From Hydrolagus colliei (Eukaryota): a DNA stretch of 64,000 bases. Shown piece by piece: positions 40,401 to 51,100 of this stretch; within the stretch, counting starts at the first letter, position 1; the number at the start of each line of letters is the position of its first letter. A program made the translations under genes and the position numbers. Location of the stretch: the NCBI GenBank assembly GCA_035084275.1, contig CM068748.1, forward strand, positions 4,154,001-4,218,000, written 5' to 3'. The notes beneath the pieces are model-generated. The model was not told the origin of the DNA. It made no database searches and saw only the letters and a program-made list of their open reading frames with translations.

Positions 40401-42722
40401 AATATCATGGTTTTCCCTCCTAATAGGTGGTCAGCTAAATGTTTAAGTCATAGAAAAATATAATATTGCATAAATTCCTATATACACAGAGTGACCAAAA
40501 AGTTGTGATACCATTACAATGACAAGGTCTAATAAATCTTAAGAAAATGATAATGAAAAAATCTGTTTTTAATTATGGCAGTTATCACGACTTTTTGTAT
40601 AACACTACGGTGCTGTTATTAGCATTGGAAATAAGACAACTTAATTTCGGTGCTGCCGCTATTACTGCTCTAAATCTGTAATATGAAATGTGCAAAATGT
40701 AATATAGTAATTAAAATATGAATGGCCAGTAGTCACTTGAAACATCCCTTACCATCTGGTAACCTAGTGCTAGAGTCCATAATTAGAACATTATGACTGA
40801 CACACAAAATAGTAAATTAACTTGAAAACTGCTGCCTATTTCATATAGCTTATTGTTTTGTGTATCCTGAGCTCACTTTAACCAGCTTTAAACCACCTCC
40901 TGTTTTAATTGAAAATAGTTGTGACAAGCACTTATAGGGTTAATAGTGGGGCTTGTTTATGCACAGGGTAGCTGAAGCTCTTGTCTGGAAAGTCTTTATA
41001 TTTAAACATTGTATAGCTATGGCTATGCTTCTAGCCTGTAAATATTCACAGATCTACAAAGTAATAATAGCATTACCACTGCAGGAGTCTTTGGGGAAGT
41101 GAAGCTGCCAGTAATAGATTATTTAAACCTGCCCATGATGGCTTAGAAAAATCCTTGAAGACAGAAAGGGTCTGTCTTGTTTAAAGATGCGTTTCCAAGG
41201 ATGCGATCTTACTTGCAAAGATCCTTATTACACTTTGGTACCCCTGAGCTGCCTAGATGACACCATCAGTTACAGGTGGTACTGTAAATGCAGGCAAAAC
41301 ACCAAACCCCCAAAGTCAGTCACTGAAATCATCTTCAGCTCCCAAATTGTCATGGAAGGAAAATAGCATAGGATGTGTCTTATGCTGTCTGGCCAAACTA
41401 GGGCACAGATGGGATAATGGATTTTACAAACAGCATTTTGATGAGAGGAGGGGAGTAGAAATCGTATGTAAAATGCACAAAGGCTGTATAAACACACTGA
41501 TGCCTGCAGCTGGAACAAACTAAAAAGATGTTTAATAATTTAGAACCAAGCAGGCAGGGCCTGTGCAGCTGTTATGTGCAAGGGACCATGAAAGCCTTCC
41601 ATCTGACAGCTGGCTCCATCTTCCCTCATCGCTGTGAGGAAGAAGAATGCAGATTTGGGATTAGCCAATCCCCGTTACCCTCTCCCATCTGCCACAAAGA
41701 CCTATGCAGTGACTCCTCTCAGCAGAAAAGCATACACATAAAAACACACACACGCACACAAACATATGTATGTATCAGTATCACCCATCAGCCATTCTGT
41801 GAGACTGTTGACACAAAGCCAGTACATGGCTGCTGTCATTTTTGCTGGAGGGCACATTTTGCATTTCACACATTTGCAGAAATACAAAATGTTGCTGGAT
41901 GCAAACTATTCTGGCATAATTGGCTGAATTAGTCAGTTGTTTACCTTGTGTCCTCCACCTGATTATCATAGCTCAGCTGGGAGGGCTGGGAGAAAAGAGC
42001 AAGAAGGGATTTGGAGGGCAGGTGAAGCTATGTTTGCCCAGGAAAAAAAAGGGGTCCTTAGTAGATTCCCAGCTGGGTAATAGCAGACTTGTGCCAGGAA
42101 GATGCCTGTTAACAGTCAATGCCTTTTCACTACGTTCCAGCATACACCATTAACGTTCTTTAATATTAACAGAATCAGTGTTGCAAAAATACTTTTGGAC
42201 TTTAAATTGCTCAGAGTCTGAATAAATTATTTCAACAGACTGCTTCTTGTTACCGAAGCTTTATTTTCATAATATTTTATATAACTTTTCCTGATACTTA
42301 ACCCTTCTGAATCTGAAGATCATGACCACATTAACTAGTTTTCCCAAAGTTATGAAGAAATAAATGAAATCCAGATTTTCATTTCTTTACAAGAAATGTG
42401 ATCTCTTTCAGCATTTAAGTAATATTTCCTGCAAAAACATTCCAGACCATCTGCACAGGCAGTTTCCAGACACATTTCAAGGTGACAAGGCCCACTTAAG
42501 CAGACCAAAACAGAGCTCAGCATACCAATGTGAGAGGGAATCAAAGTGAGGCTGTTTCCTGCAGGCTAGCTTGCCTTGTTGACAGACACTTCACTGCTAA
42601 TTAATGTTAATATTTACCAAAAAAAACAATCCAAGGGTCCTAAAAGAAAGATCGCACATTGTTTCAAGCTAAGCTGCGGCATTATCAACCAATGCAACAA
42701 ATTTAAACAAGCCAGGTTTATT

Positions 42723-42790
42723 GGGGGGGGGGGGGGGAGGGAGGGAGGGATGGATGGTGTAGTGTAGGGTGGAGAGGAAGGGGGTGGTTG
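42723..42790 (+). repeat. Poly-G/G-rich tract (potential G-quadruplex)
   Basis: A G15 run followed by (aggg)n and further GGG runs. Confidence 0.6.
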
Positions 42791-42823
42791 TGTGAAGGTT
42801 CAGATAAATTGGAAAAAAAATAG

Positions 42824-42900
42824 TGTGGCTCAGTGGCACAGTGGTAAAACACTTGCCTCACGCCTCTGTGCTCGCAGGCTTGAATTCCTGTAGGGGTCTG
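42824..42900 (+). mobile_element. Isolated decayed tRNA-derived SINE head
   Basis: tggcacagtggtaaaacacttgcctcac (A box), followed by a degenerate B box ggcttgaattcc. Confidence 0.5.
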
Positions 42901-43314
42901 CTTCAAATTGCAGTCAAATGCGTGATAAATTTGTCAGAACTATCAGCTTACTGCTTGGCAGGAGGGCAGAGTCTTGTATTAACTCTAAGCCCAAAAATCT
43001 TCATTTAGTTATTCAGTAAAAAAAATGGATCCAAGTTGGATGTGCACCACGGCACTACATGTAGTGGGTTTGTGCCCTTGGTTACCTAATCTTGGCCATT
43101 CTGTCAGGGGACTTGCCAAGGAGAGGCCAGGTGCTTCCCATAGTCATTCTCAGGATTATTGTGTTGTGCAGTGAACCTAAGAAATTAATGTTCTCCCAAT
43201 AGCCTAGTGAATAAGGGCATTGCATGGCAATAGCACAAAGACATATTGAAGTGAAACGTTAAGGTTCAAAAGCTGGTCTAGCAATAGTTCCCTGATCTCT
43301 TTTAAAAAAAAGTT

Positions 43315-43456
43315 CACTCACTCAACGACTGTTTGCAGGATATTGATGTGCACAATTGGCAGTCGCATTTGGCACACAAAATACACAGCCAATTCACTTT
43401 GCAATAGATCCTGTGAATATCAAATTGAGGTATCAAATCTAAAGATTATTATTATT
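43315..43456 (+). mobile_element. SINE 3' half (Deu-like + ATT tail)
   Basis: acgactgtttgcaggatattgatgtgcacaattggcagtcgcattt..caattcacttt..tatcaaat..gattattattatt. Confidence 0.75.
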
Positions 43457-43584
43457 AACTCAATTAAGACAAGAGTTTGGGCACTATAACTGGCCTTAGA
43501 GCCCCTTGAGCTGGGAGGAGGGGGATAACAAATAGGGTTCTTGCTCGCACATCACAATCCATTAGCAGCTGGTAGAAGGTATAT

Positions 43585-43692
43585 AGTAATTCTACATTTG
43601 ATATAGCACATTTCACCCCTTCTAGATGTCTCAAAGCGCTTCACAGAATATACTGCTAAGTGAATTGACTGTATATTTTGTGGGCAAAATGG
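43585..43692 (-). mobile_element. SINE 3' half, inverted relative to its neighbours
   Basis: catttgatatagcacatttcac..tctagatgtctcaaagcgcttcacagaatatactgctaagtgaattgactgta is the reverse complement of the family tail. Confidence 0.8.
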
Positions 43693-44017
43693 GTGTTTAT
43701 ATGTATGTTTATATGTGTGTTTATATGGGTGAATACAGAATAGCGCAAACTTTGATGCATCCACATGACATCTAACTCTCTGTCTGTCTGACTGCCTTTA
43801 TGCTGGATTCCAGGACCAATGCTGTTCTGACAGATTATCTATGAGAGATCAAGTCTTGGATGACTTCTGATTTTCTATAACAAAATGGCAAAAGGATCAA
43901 AATCTGAATGATCCAAAAGGTGTAACTACAACGCTATGGCTGTAACAGCTATGGCTCAAAGATCCAACATCTGCAGTAAAATGATTAACAAAAGTTTCAA
44001 GATCAGCCAATTCTATA

Positions 44018-44321
44018 GAGTCCTGTAGCTCAGTGATTAGAGCACTCGCCTTACAAGCAAGAGACCTGCGTTCAATTCCAGGCAGGGCAGGGCGAAACCT
44101 TGGGCAAGTTTCCTTACTCCACATGCCTAATAAAAATCCCTAACAAACAATAAATTGGTCATTTCAATCCACGACTGTTTGTAGAACACTGCTGTGCGCA
44201 ATTGGTTGCCTTGTTTCGCCCCCAAGTATACAATCAATTCACTTCACACTATAATCTGTGAAGTGCTTTGAGACATCTAGAAGATGTGAAAAGCGCTATA
44301 TCAAATTCTATTATTATTATT
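44018..44321 (+). mobile_element. Full-length tRNA-derived SINE (head + partial CORE-like + Deu-like + ATT tail)
   Basis: A box tagctcagtga, B box gttcaattcc, ccttgggcaagtt (CORE-like), gactgtttgtagaacactgctgtgcgcaattggttgcc (Deu-like), and tail gtgaaaagcgctatatcaaat..attattattatt. Confidence 0.92.
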
Positions 44322-44844
44322 GTTATAATTCAGTAGCCTACAAGTGGGTTCCACAAGTTTTGTCTGCAACCATTGACTGATTCAACCCAGCGAGTCATGA
44401 GTTCAATGACATGCATTGAAACTGATCTGACACTATTGGCTGTATTTTTCTAAGGCAGTTTTTTTTTGACTGAGCTGTTACACTATGTTTTAAGTGGGAA
44501 TTCTGTTTCAAGAGAATAGTAAAGCTTGAATAACCAAACCCATGACTCACAGAAACGTGTATTATTATGATTGTTATAATTCAGCAACCTACTATTTTAG
44601 ACCTGGATGGAACACACAAGCGGCTCCCCACACACCTCAATTGGCCTCCAAACTTCCCCTCCTAGCTGACATCAACAACCTTTTCACCACTACTGCTGTA
44701 GTACTACCTTCCCTCCCCAATATACGCTTTCAAAACCACCAGAAAGACTCTCATGCTCACATTTAATTCCCTCCATACCCTCATCTGACCTTATTTCTGT
44801 TACCTCATGCAATCCAACAGACTTGCCTGCTCACTTTCCTAAAA

Positions 44845-45035
44845 CAATAAGAATTTGGTCATTTCAATCCACGACTGTTTGTGGGACACAGCTCTGCACA
44901 ATTGGCTGCCACGTTTTGCCCACAAAATACAGTACAGTCAATTCACTTTTCAGCATTTTCTGCGAAGCGCTTTAAGATATCTAGAATACATGAAAAGTGC
45001 TATATCAAATGCAAGAAGTATTATTATTATTATTG
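44845..45035 (+). mobile_element. SINE 3' half (Deu-like + ATT tail)
   Basis: ttggtcatttcaatccacgactgtttgtgggacac..caattggctgccacgtttt..tgctatatcaaatgcaagaagtattattattatt. Confidence 0.85.
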
Positions 45036-45039
45036 ACGT

Positions 45040-45093
45040 GGCACTCTGAGGGGCCACCCTGCATGGAAGGTATTATATAATGGCAAGTTGTTT
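45040..45093 (+). mobile_element. L2-type tail stub directly after the SINE tail
   Basis: gcactctgag..catggaaggtattatataatggcaagttgtt resembles 57121-57180. Confidence 0.5.
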
Positions 45094-47919
45094 TCAACAT
45101 CTGTTTGAACATATCTTTTTCTCGATTTACTTCCTAAGCTAACATACTAACGACCACCATTATAGTTCAAAAAGTAAATACTCTGAAAAAGGTACTCGCA
45201 GGAAACTGGGCAAAACTTCTCAGGAAGCTGTTTCAAATTCATCTGCACTGAGACGCACAGGTAATTACTTGGGAAAAAAAAGTGGTTTGTGGATATGTGT
45301 TGTGTTGTGCACGTGAAAGCAACATGGATTGTGTCATTCAAACATACACCCGATGAAACCGACTGTGATCACCAGCAACTGAAGCAATACGAGGTTTGTG
45401 GCAAAACTATGATCAGTATCAAAAATGTCAAAAATCATCAACTGATCTTATGGAGTGGCCAATGATTTTTGACATGTACACATTAAATAGTGAACCTAGA
45501 TAACATTTTTATACATCAATATTTCAGTAGTAAATCTTTTTTCATGGAAATTTCAGTTCGCCTTCCTCTGAACTCTGATTTTCAATGTTATGGGTATGCT
45601 ATAGCAAGTGCAGTGAAAGACTGCAACATCAAAATCTCATATTTATATGATGCATTTAACATTACAAAAAAAAATCTTGAAATAGTTGACAAACACTCTG
45701 AATTGTTCAAGCATTGGAAGATAGTAAATATAAAAGGGCCTGTCTATATGTTCCCCTGTAAAATTCAGCCACTACACCTTAAAGTGAATTTGAAGAGCTT
45801 TGAGATGTCCTCCTGAATTGAAATGTAAATTGTTATAATCTAATAAATGTAATTTACATATCTTCTCCAGTACATAGAATAGTGGATTTTGATAACTTTT
45901 TATAAATAAATATCATCTATATCATATATGTGCACAATCATTAGAATTGCTTACTATATCAAGCCAATTTAAGTGTTTTTCCTGATCTTTAAATTGTGTG
46001 GTGGGGGTCGTGTGGGTGGGTGGGTGGGAGGTGACAAATACATGTTTGACTGGCCTTTCATTTCTGAAACAAGCTCAGTCTGAGGCAATTAAAGTTTCTT
46101 TTTTCTTTTTTAATATAGCTGCGAGAGACCCAGGTGAAATATAGTTGGCAGAACAAAACTTAATTCCTAGTGGGAGTGAGTCAAACAGCACAAATCTATC
46201 CATAATTCATCAATAATTGACACCAAATTGGCATTCTTGCTCGGAGAGACCATACGGATGGTTGGCAAAGGCAATGGAAATGTTGCATCGGTACTGTAGT
46301 AGGTGTTGTTCGGAGCATGGGGACTTATTTCTACGAGCTGTACTCTACATCTAACCCATAGCATATCTGATAATAATAGAGAGCTGGAAAATAATTCAAG
46401 TATAGTCCATTGCTGAAAGTTAACATCTTTCACCTTGATGAGCTGAAACTTCACAAAACCACTCATTAGAAAAATAATTACATAAGTATTGTAGCACATT
46501 TAAAAAAAACATAGCATTGCATATTATTAATGAAACAAAATTATTGATAATATTTTCTGCTGGCCTGAAGCTATTTTAACTATGGACCCAAGAAGACCAT
46601 AGGACCACACTACAAACAATAGTCTATTGACCTTATTAGGTCAGCACGCACTTTAGAGGGTAATGAGGAAGTAAGATACCTTGATCTGAATCTTAGATAA
46701 TCATAATTAGACATTCTACGTCCTTCAAAGTCCTGGAATATTTAACTTCATGAAAATGTATTTGAAGAATATTGAGTTAAAATGTGTAGTGTTTCTTAAC
46801 CCTGTTATTGTGATAGGTTAAGAAAGGCAACAATCTTTACCCAATTGCAAATTATTTTCGTATTTGAATGTTTGGGGAGAAGCCGGATATAATTCTGAAA
46901 ATCAAGGATTCATTCTTGGAGCATTAGGTTTGATCAAACAAGTAACAGAGAATTTGTTTTCTAATACATGTTGGAGCAGTCACATGTAATGATAACGCCA
47001 TGGAGGTTAAGTGAGAGGAAAATAAATGATCTTAATGGATCTGCATTGGGCCATTCAAACAGAAATTCAGATCCGAATTGAACTTTCTGTTTGAAACTCT
47101 CTGCTGGTGTATTTGATTTTATGGTGTAGTGTGTCCTTCATGCTTTGTTAAATTAAAACATTAGTAGAAGTCATTTCACAAACACAGAGCCAATGAAGGG
47201 CTCATTTCAGCTGTTGTAGCGACAGGAGTTCTGAAGCATGAAAAAGCACACGAATTCAGTAACATGATGACATCAACTTGTTGGGGAAAGTTCCTAGAAT
47301 GCAGGAGCAACAGGCTGTAGTATCGTTGGTTTGGATCAGTGTCAGCCCTGTTGTTATTTAGTACCCAATTCCAATCCTGACAGAGTAGCTCCACCGGCAC
47401 ATCTGTGTCTGCATTAAGAATATGTCAACTAGTGGCAGAGGGTGCACAACTAAATGGAAATCAGCCACCTTAATGAGATGCACCAAGAAACCTGCTTTAC
47501 TCTGCCATCCCAAGCTCCTGATGGCTGGTTGCTATTTGTTACTTGCATGAAAACAGTGTGGGTATAAATTTTTAAATCGGTTAAAAGTCAGGAACCAGAG
47601 ATTTCAGTATGTGGACAGGGTTGAACTTCTGTAACACTGTTTGGTTGACTACATCACAGGGGTTGAAAACAAAATCATGTCAAAACAGATTGCCAGTGGG
47701 TTGTCTTGAGAAGCATCCAGGATTTGCTATTCACTAATTGTTTTTGGAAATCTCGCATTTTAGACCGGTATGTATGTCCTCTGCAGGCTGCTACAGGGAG
47801 CAGAACACACAATCAAAGCTGTGCAAAGGTCTGTAAGAAGGCTGCTTCTTCTGTTTACTGCTCAAGAATAACAAGGGCAGTGGGAAATCAGCACAGATGG
47901 ATGAAAGTAATAAAAATTG

Positions 47920-47995
47920 TAACATAAGAACGTAAGGTAGGAATAAGAAAAGAATATTAATTTCTTGAGTTCTCCATGCCATTTAGATCCATTTA
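47920..47995 (-). mobile_element. Decayed CR1 3' tail
   Basis: aacataagaacgtaag..taggaataag..ccatgccattt is the reverse of a CR1 (ttcttatg)n-type tail. Confidence 0.4.
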
Positions 47996-49939
47996 CTGGA
48001 CCTCTTCTTACCATTTTTGTCCGTGCCTTGGCACCAAGCCCATATCCTTTTCACACATGCTGAATTTATACAGCCCTTTCAATATAATTACAATGTCATC
48101 TAAAATGCTGTGCCATCTTGAAAACATATCATGCAGAAATACAGGGGAAGAATTTGAGAACTGCCAATGTGCCACAGATTCGGTAATGAATGGTTGTGTT
48201 GCTAAATGCTTCCAAAGATGCACTCTGGATCTGTAGCTGCTCGAACACATCACCACCAAATCATAAAAAATTACAGAGACCGATGTATGCCATAAAGTCA
48301 CAACCTGAACTAGAGCATTACACGTTTCCCTATCCCAAGAGTTGCTCACATGGTTCCAAAAGCCTCCTTAATTTTTATTTGTTACCTCTTTTAATTGTAT
48401 TTGTTCATTGCCAAATCTGTTTGGTGTGGCCCATTCCTTACTTATTTTTGCAATACGTTTCTGTCCCTTTAAATACACACACTGCCATGAAAAATATTGT
48501 AATAAATAGTTATCTTTGAATATTTTCATAGATCCAATCACTGCATCTGACGACGCCACTTTACACACTGGAAAAGCACAAAGGCTACGATTTTGTAGTT
48601 GAATCTGATTATGCATCAAAAAAGAGGGGATCTGCATCAAAAACAAATCTTGGAAAAGCAGGAAAATCTGTCTAGTGTCTGGAGAATTTAAACAGCCAGA
48701 ACTGTACTGGCGTTCAATAAAATTGCGACAGAGGTAAATGGTACACTTAAGGTCAAGTACAGTGAATTCAAACAAGTCCTTGCTGAAATTACTAGGCAAT
48801 TTCTTTGACATTAAAAAATAACATTGCTGTTCCCATCACCTTTAATCAGGTAATATAATTTAAAATGAAGCCAATCCCTTTTCATTGTTCATAATTCAGA
48901 AATCAGAACCATAAACAAATTAATTGGTGTATCGGGGTTTTGACTGGGTCTTTTGGCCAGCTCCAGCATTAACACCAGCAGTGGGGACCCTCTAGATTTT
49001 TAGTGCCTGAGGGTAGAAAGCAATTATAAAAACATGACTCTCCCAGATCAGCTTTCAACTTCACCATGTCTCTGTTTTATTGATGGAAGACTGAGGGAAG
49101 ATTCAAATCAACCATCTTTAAATTCTTTCCAGCAGCAAAGTGCCAAACTCATTAGCTTTTCCTCTGTAAATTATGGCACCTCCATCTTTTATTCAATATT
49201 TGCCTGTTTTTGTCCTTATGACTATATAATTGACTACTTAATGCATAATTTATTACTCACAATTATAGATGTTTTGAAGTGTAACTAAGGGTGACATTTT
49301 AGCTTTGAAAAACCTAAAATTCTATAAAAACAAATTTATAATTGTGTATACTTTTGACTCTCTTACATTATAAAAATCTACACTCCCTCATACTTTTCCA
49401 CACTAACTCTTTATACTGTATTATACTCTTATACTCGTGTCATATACTGGTTTTATGATTAATTAGATTAATCTGTGTCTGTGCACAAAAAGTATCTCTT
49501 GTGCTATGCATTATATTTTGATTTTAGCTATACTCATTTATCAAATTACGGTAGTGTATTTATTTTAATGGGAGATAGAACTTCCTGAACTCTGAATATG
49601 ACAGCTAAATGTTTTATGGCTACTTCTGTGTACATAGTGACAATTTCCCCATTCATCCCACTATTTTGAGTAATCCCAACATAGGTTGCTGTCACACCTG
49701 CCCTGTTTTCACTCGGTCACAATGGGAAGCCCTGATTAATGCTAATTTGACTAAGGATAGATTATGCATCAAGATATACATGAACATTATGACACATTGC
49801 TCTATATTATACTGCTAGCAATCATATCAACAGGCAACATAAAAAGACTGTAAGATAGGTCTTCTGGGGTTGCTATCGGACTGCAGAACTCATTCCAAGA
49901 GGAATTGGAAAATTGTGATTTTACACAAAATAACCACAG

Positions 49940-50251
49940 CAGTATGATTTACAATTAGGATCTCATTTGTGGTATTCCTCAATAAGGAAGGCCTGGACAA
50001 TGAACTCATTTAAGAAACATTTTGATGGTGCAAATGAAAAGTGGTAAGTTGAGTATCCAGAAAGGATGATTTCAGGTGGGCCGAAAGGCTTTCTTCATCT
50101 AAACTTCTCCTGCTACAATTCCTGCTGCATGCACATTAGATTGCCTCGGAGTGAAGCTCTCACCTCTCAGCATTTTGCCCTGCTGGTTACGATTTGCATG
50201 TCTCGCAAACTTATTAAGGAATCCCATCAAAAATACTGTAAATTACACCCC
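49940..50251. mobile_element. Putative old MITE with imperfect terminal inverted repeats
   Basis: Left attttacaa..atttgtggtattcctcaataag versus right cttattaaggaatcccatcaaaaatactgtaaattacacccc. A similar terminus, gggtgtaaattacagt, occurs alone at 4665-4680. Confidence 0.4.
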
Positions 50252-50904
50252 GTTGTAAACTTTTTCCTGGGTCCAATCTCAGTCACAATAACTTGGAAAT
50301 AAAAATGGCATACGCAAAGAATGTTACAGAACTGGCTCCCTGTGAGAAATGTTTATGTTGTTGAGTGTATCAGAAAACATTCCAAATCCCATAGCTCCTT
50401 CACTTCCAAGCCACAAGATCCCATTGCTCTGCAGCAACCATAAGCTTTGTTCAAATCTGTTCACAATAAGTCTTGATAAAATAGGCTTGGAACACAAGCT
50501 TGGTTTTCGGTTTACAAAAATTAACAAACGTAAAAAAGCAATTAAAAAGCACCCTGAATGGTCGTGACAATGGGCTCCACAAAACATTGCTGACTTTTTA
50601 CTGAAAGCATATTACCAATAAGTTCCAGGTCGAGGGCCCCAAAGATTAACTTTTGTGCTGGACTTTGACAGCCTCAGGCTGTAATGCTTCATTTACTCAT
50701 CCAGAACTGCAAGAGCATTTGTTGGCTCAAAGAAACAGCAGTATTATACTGTAAAAGAAATAGCACCTGTGCACAAGTCATAACCTATTTTATGGTTACT
50801 GTTTAATAACCGTGCCATTAATCTATTCACTGTACATTTCTGAAATATACTCCAAAATATTTTGAAAGAAAATGAGTCAGTAAGCACACCAACACTTACA
50901 AGAA

Positions 50905-51100
50905 ATACCTCAAGGGATTTGGCAGTACAGGAGACTGGAACACTGACTTTTCACCTCTGGGTCTGAATCTTGTCCAGACGTCTAGATGTAAGTCTCCCTT
51001 CTCTGCCAGCAATAAAGGCCTTAGCTGAAGAGCGTTTGGACAGTTTCAAATAATTTTCTAGAGTGCGGAAGTCCTCAGCATAAAATTGACAACAATTTCA
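50905..51100 (+). mobile_element. LF-SINE-like ancient SINE relic
   Basis: Ordered blocks cttttcacctctggg..gaatc..ccagac..aagtctcc..ggcc..tgaa..tttggacagtttca..ttcta..gtcctcagcataaaa follow the LF-SINE-type layout as I recall it. Not database-verified. Confidence 0.55.

Noticed and set aside
44018-44090. tRNA gene (TAC anticodon-like loop cttacaa); likewise 21855-21925
   Set aside because: No acceptor stem or terminator, and the sequence continues into a SINE body, so these are SINE heads.
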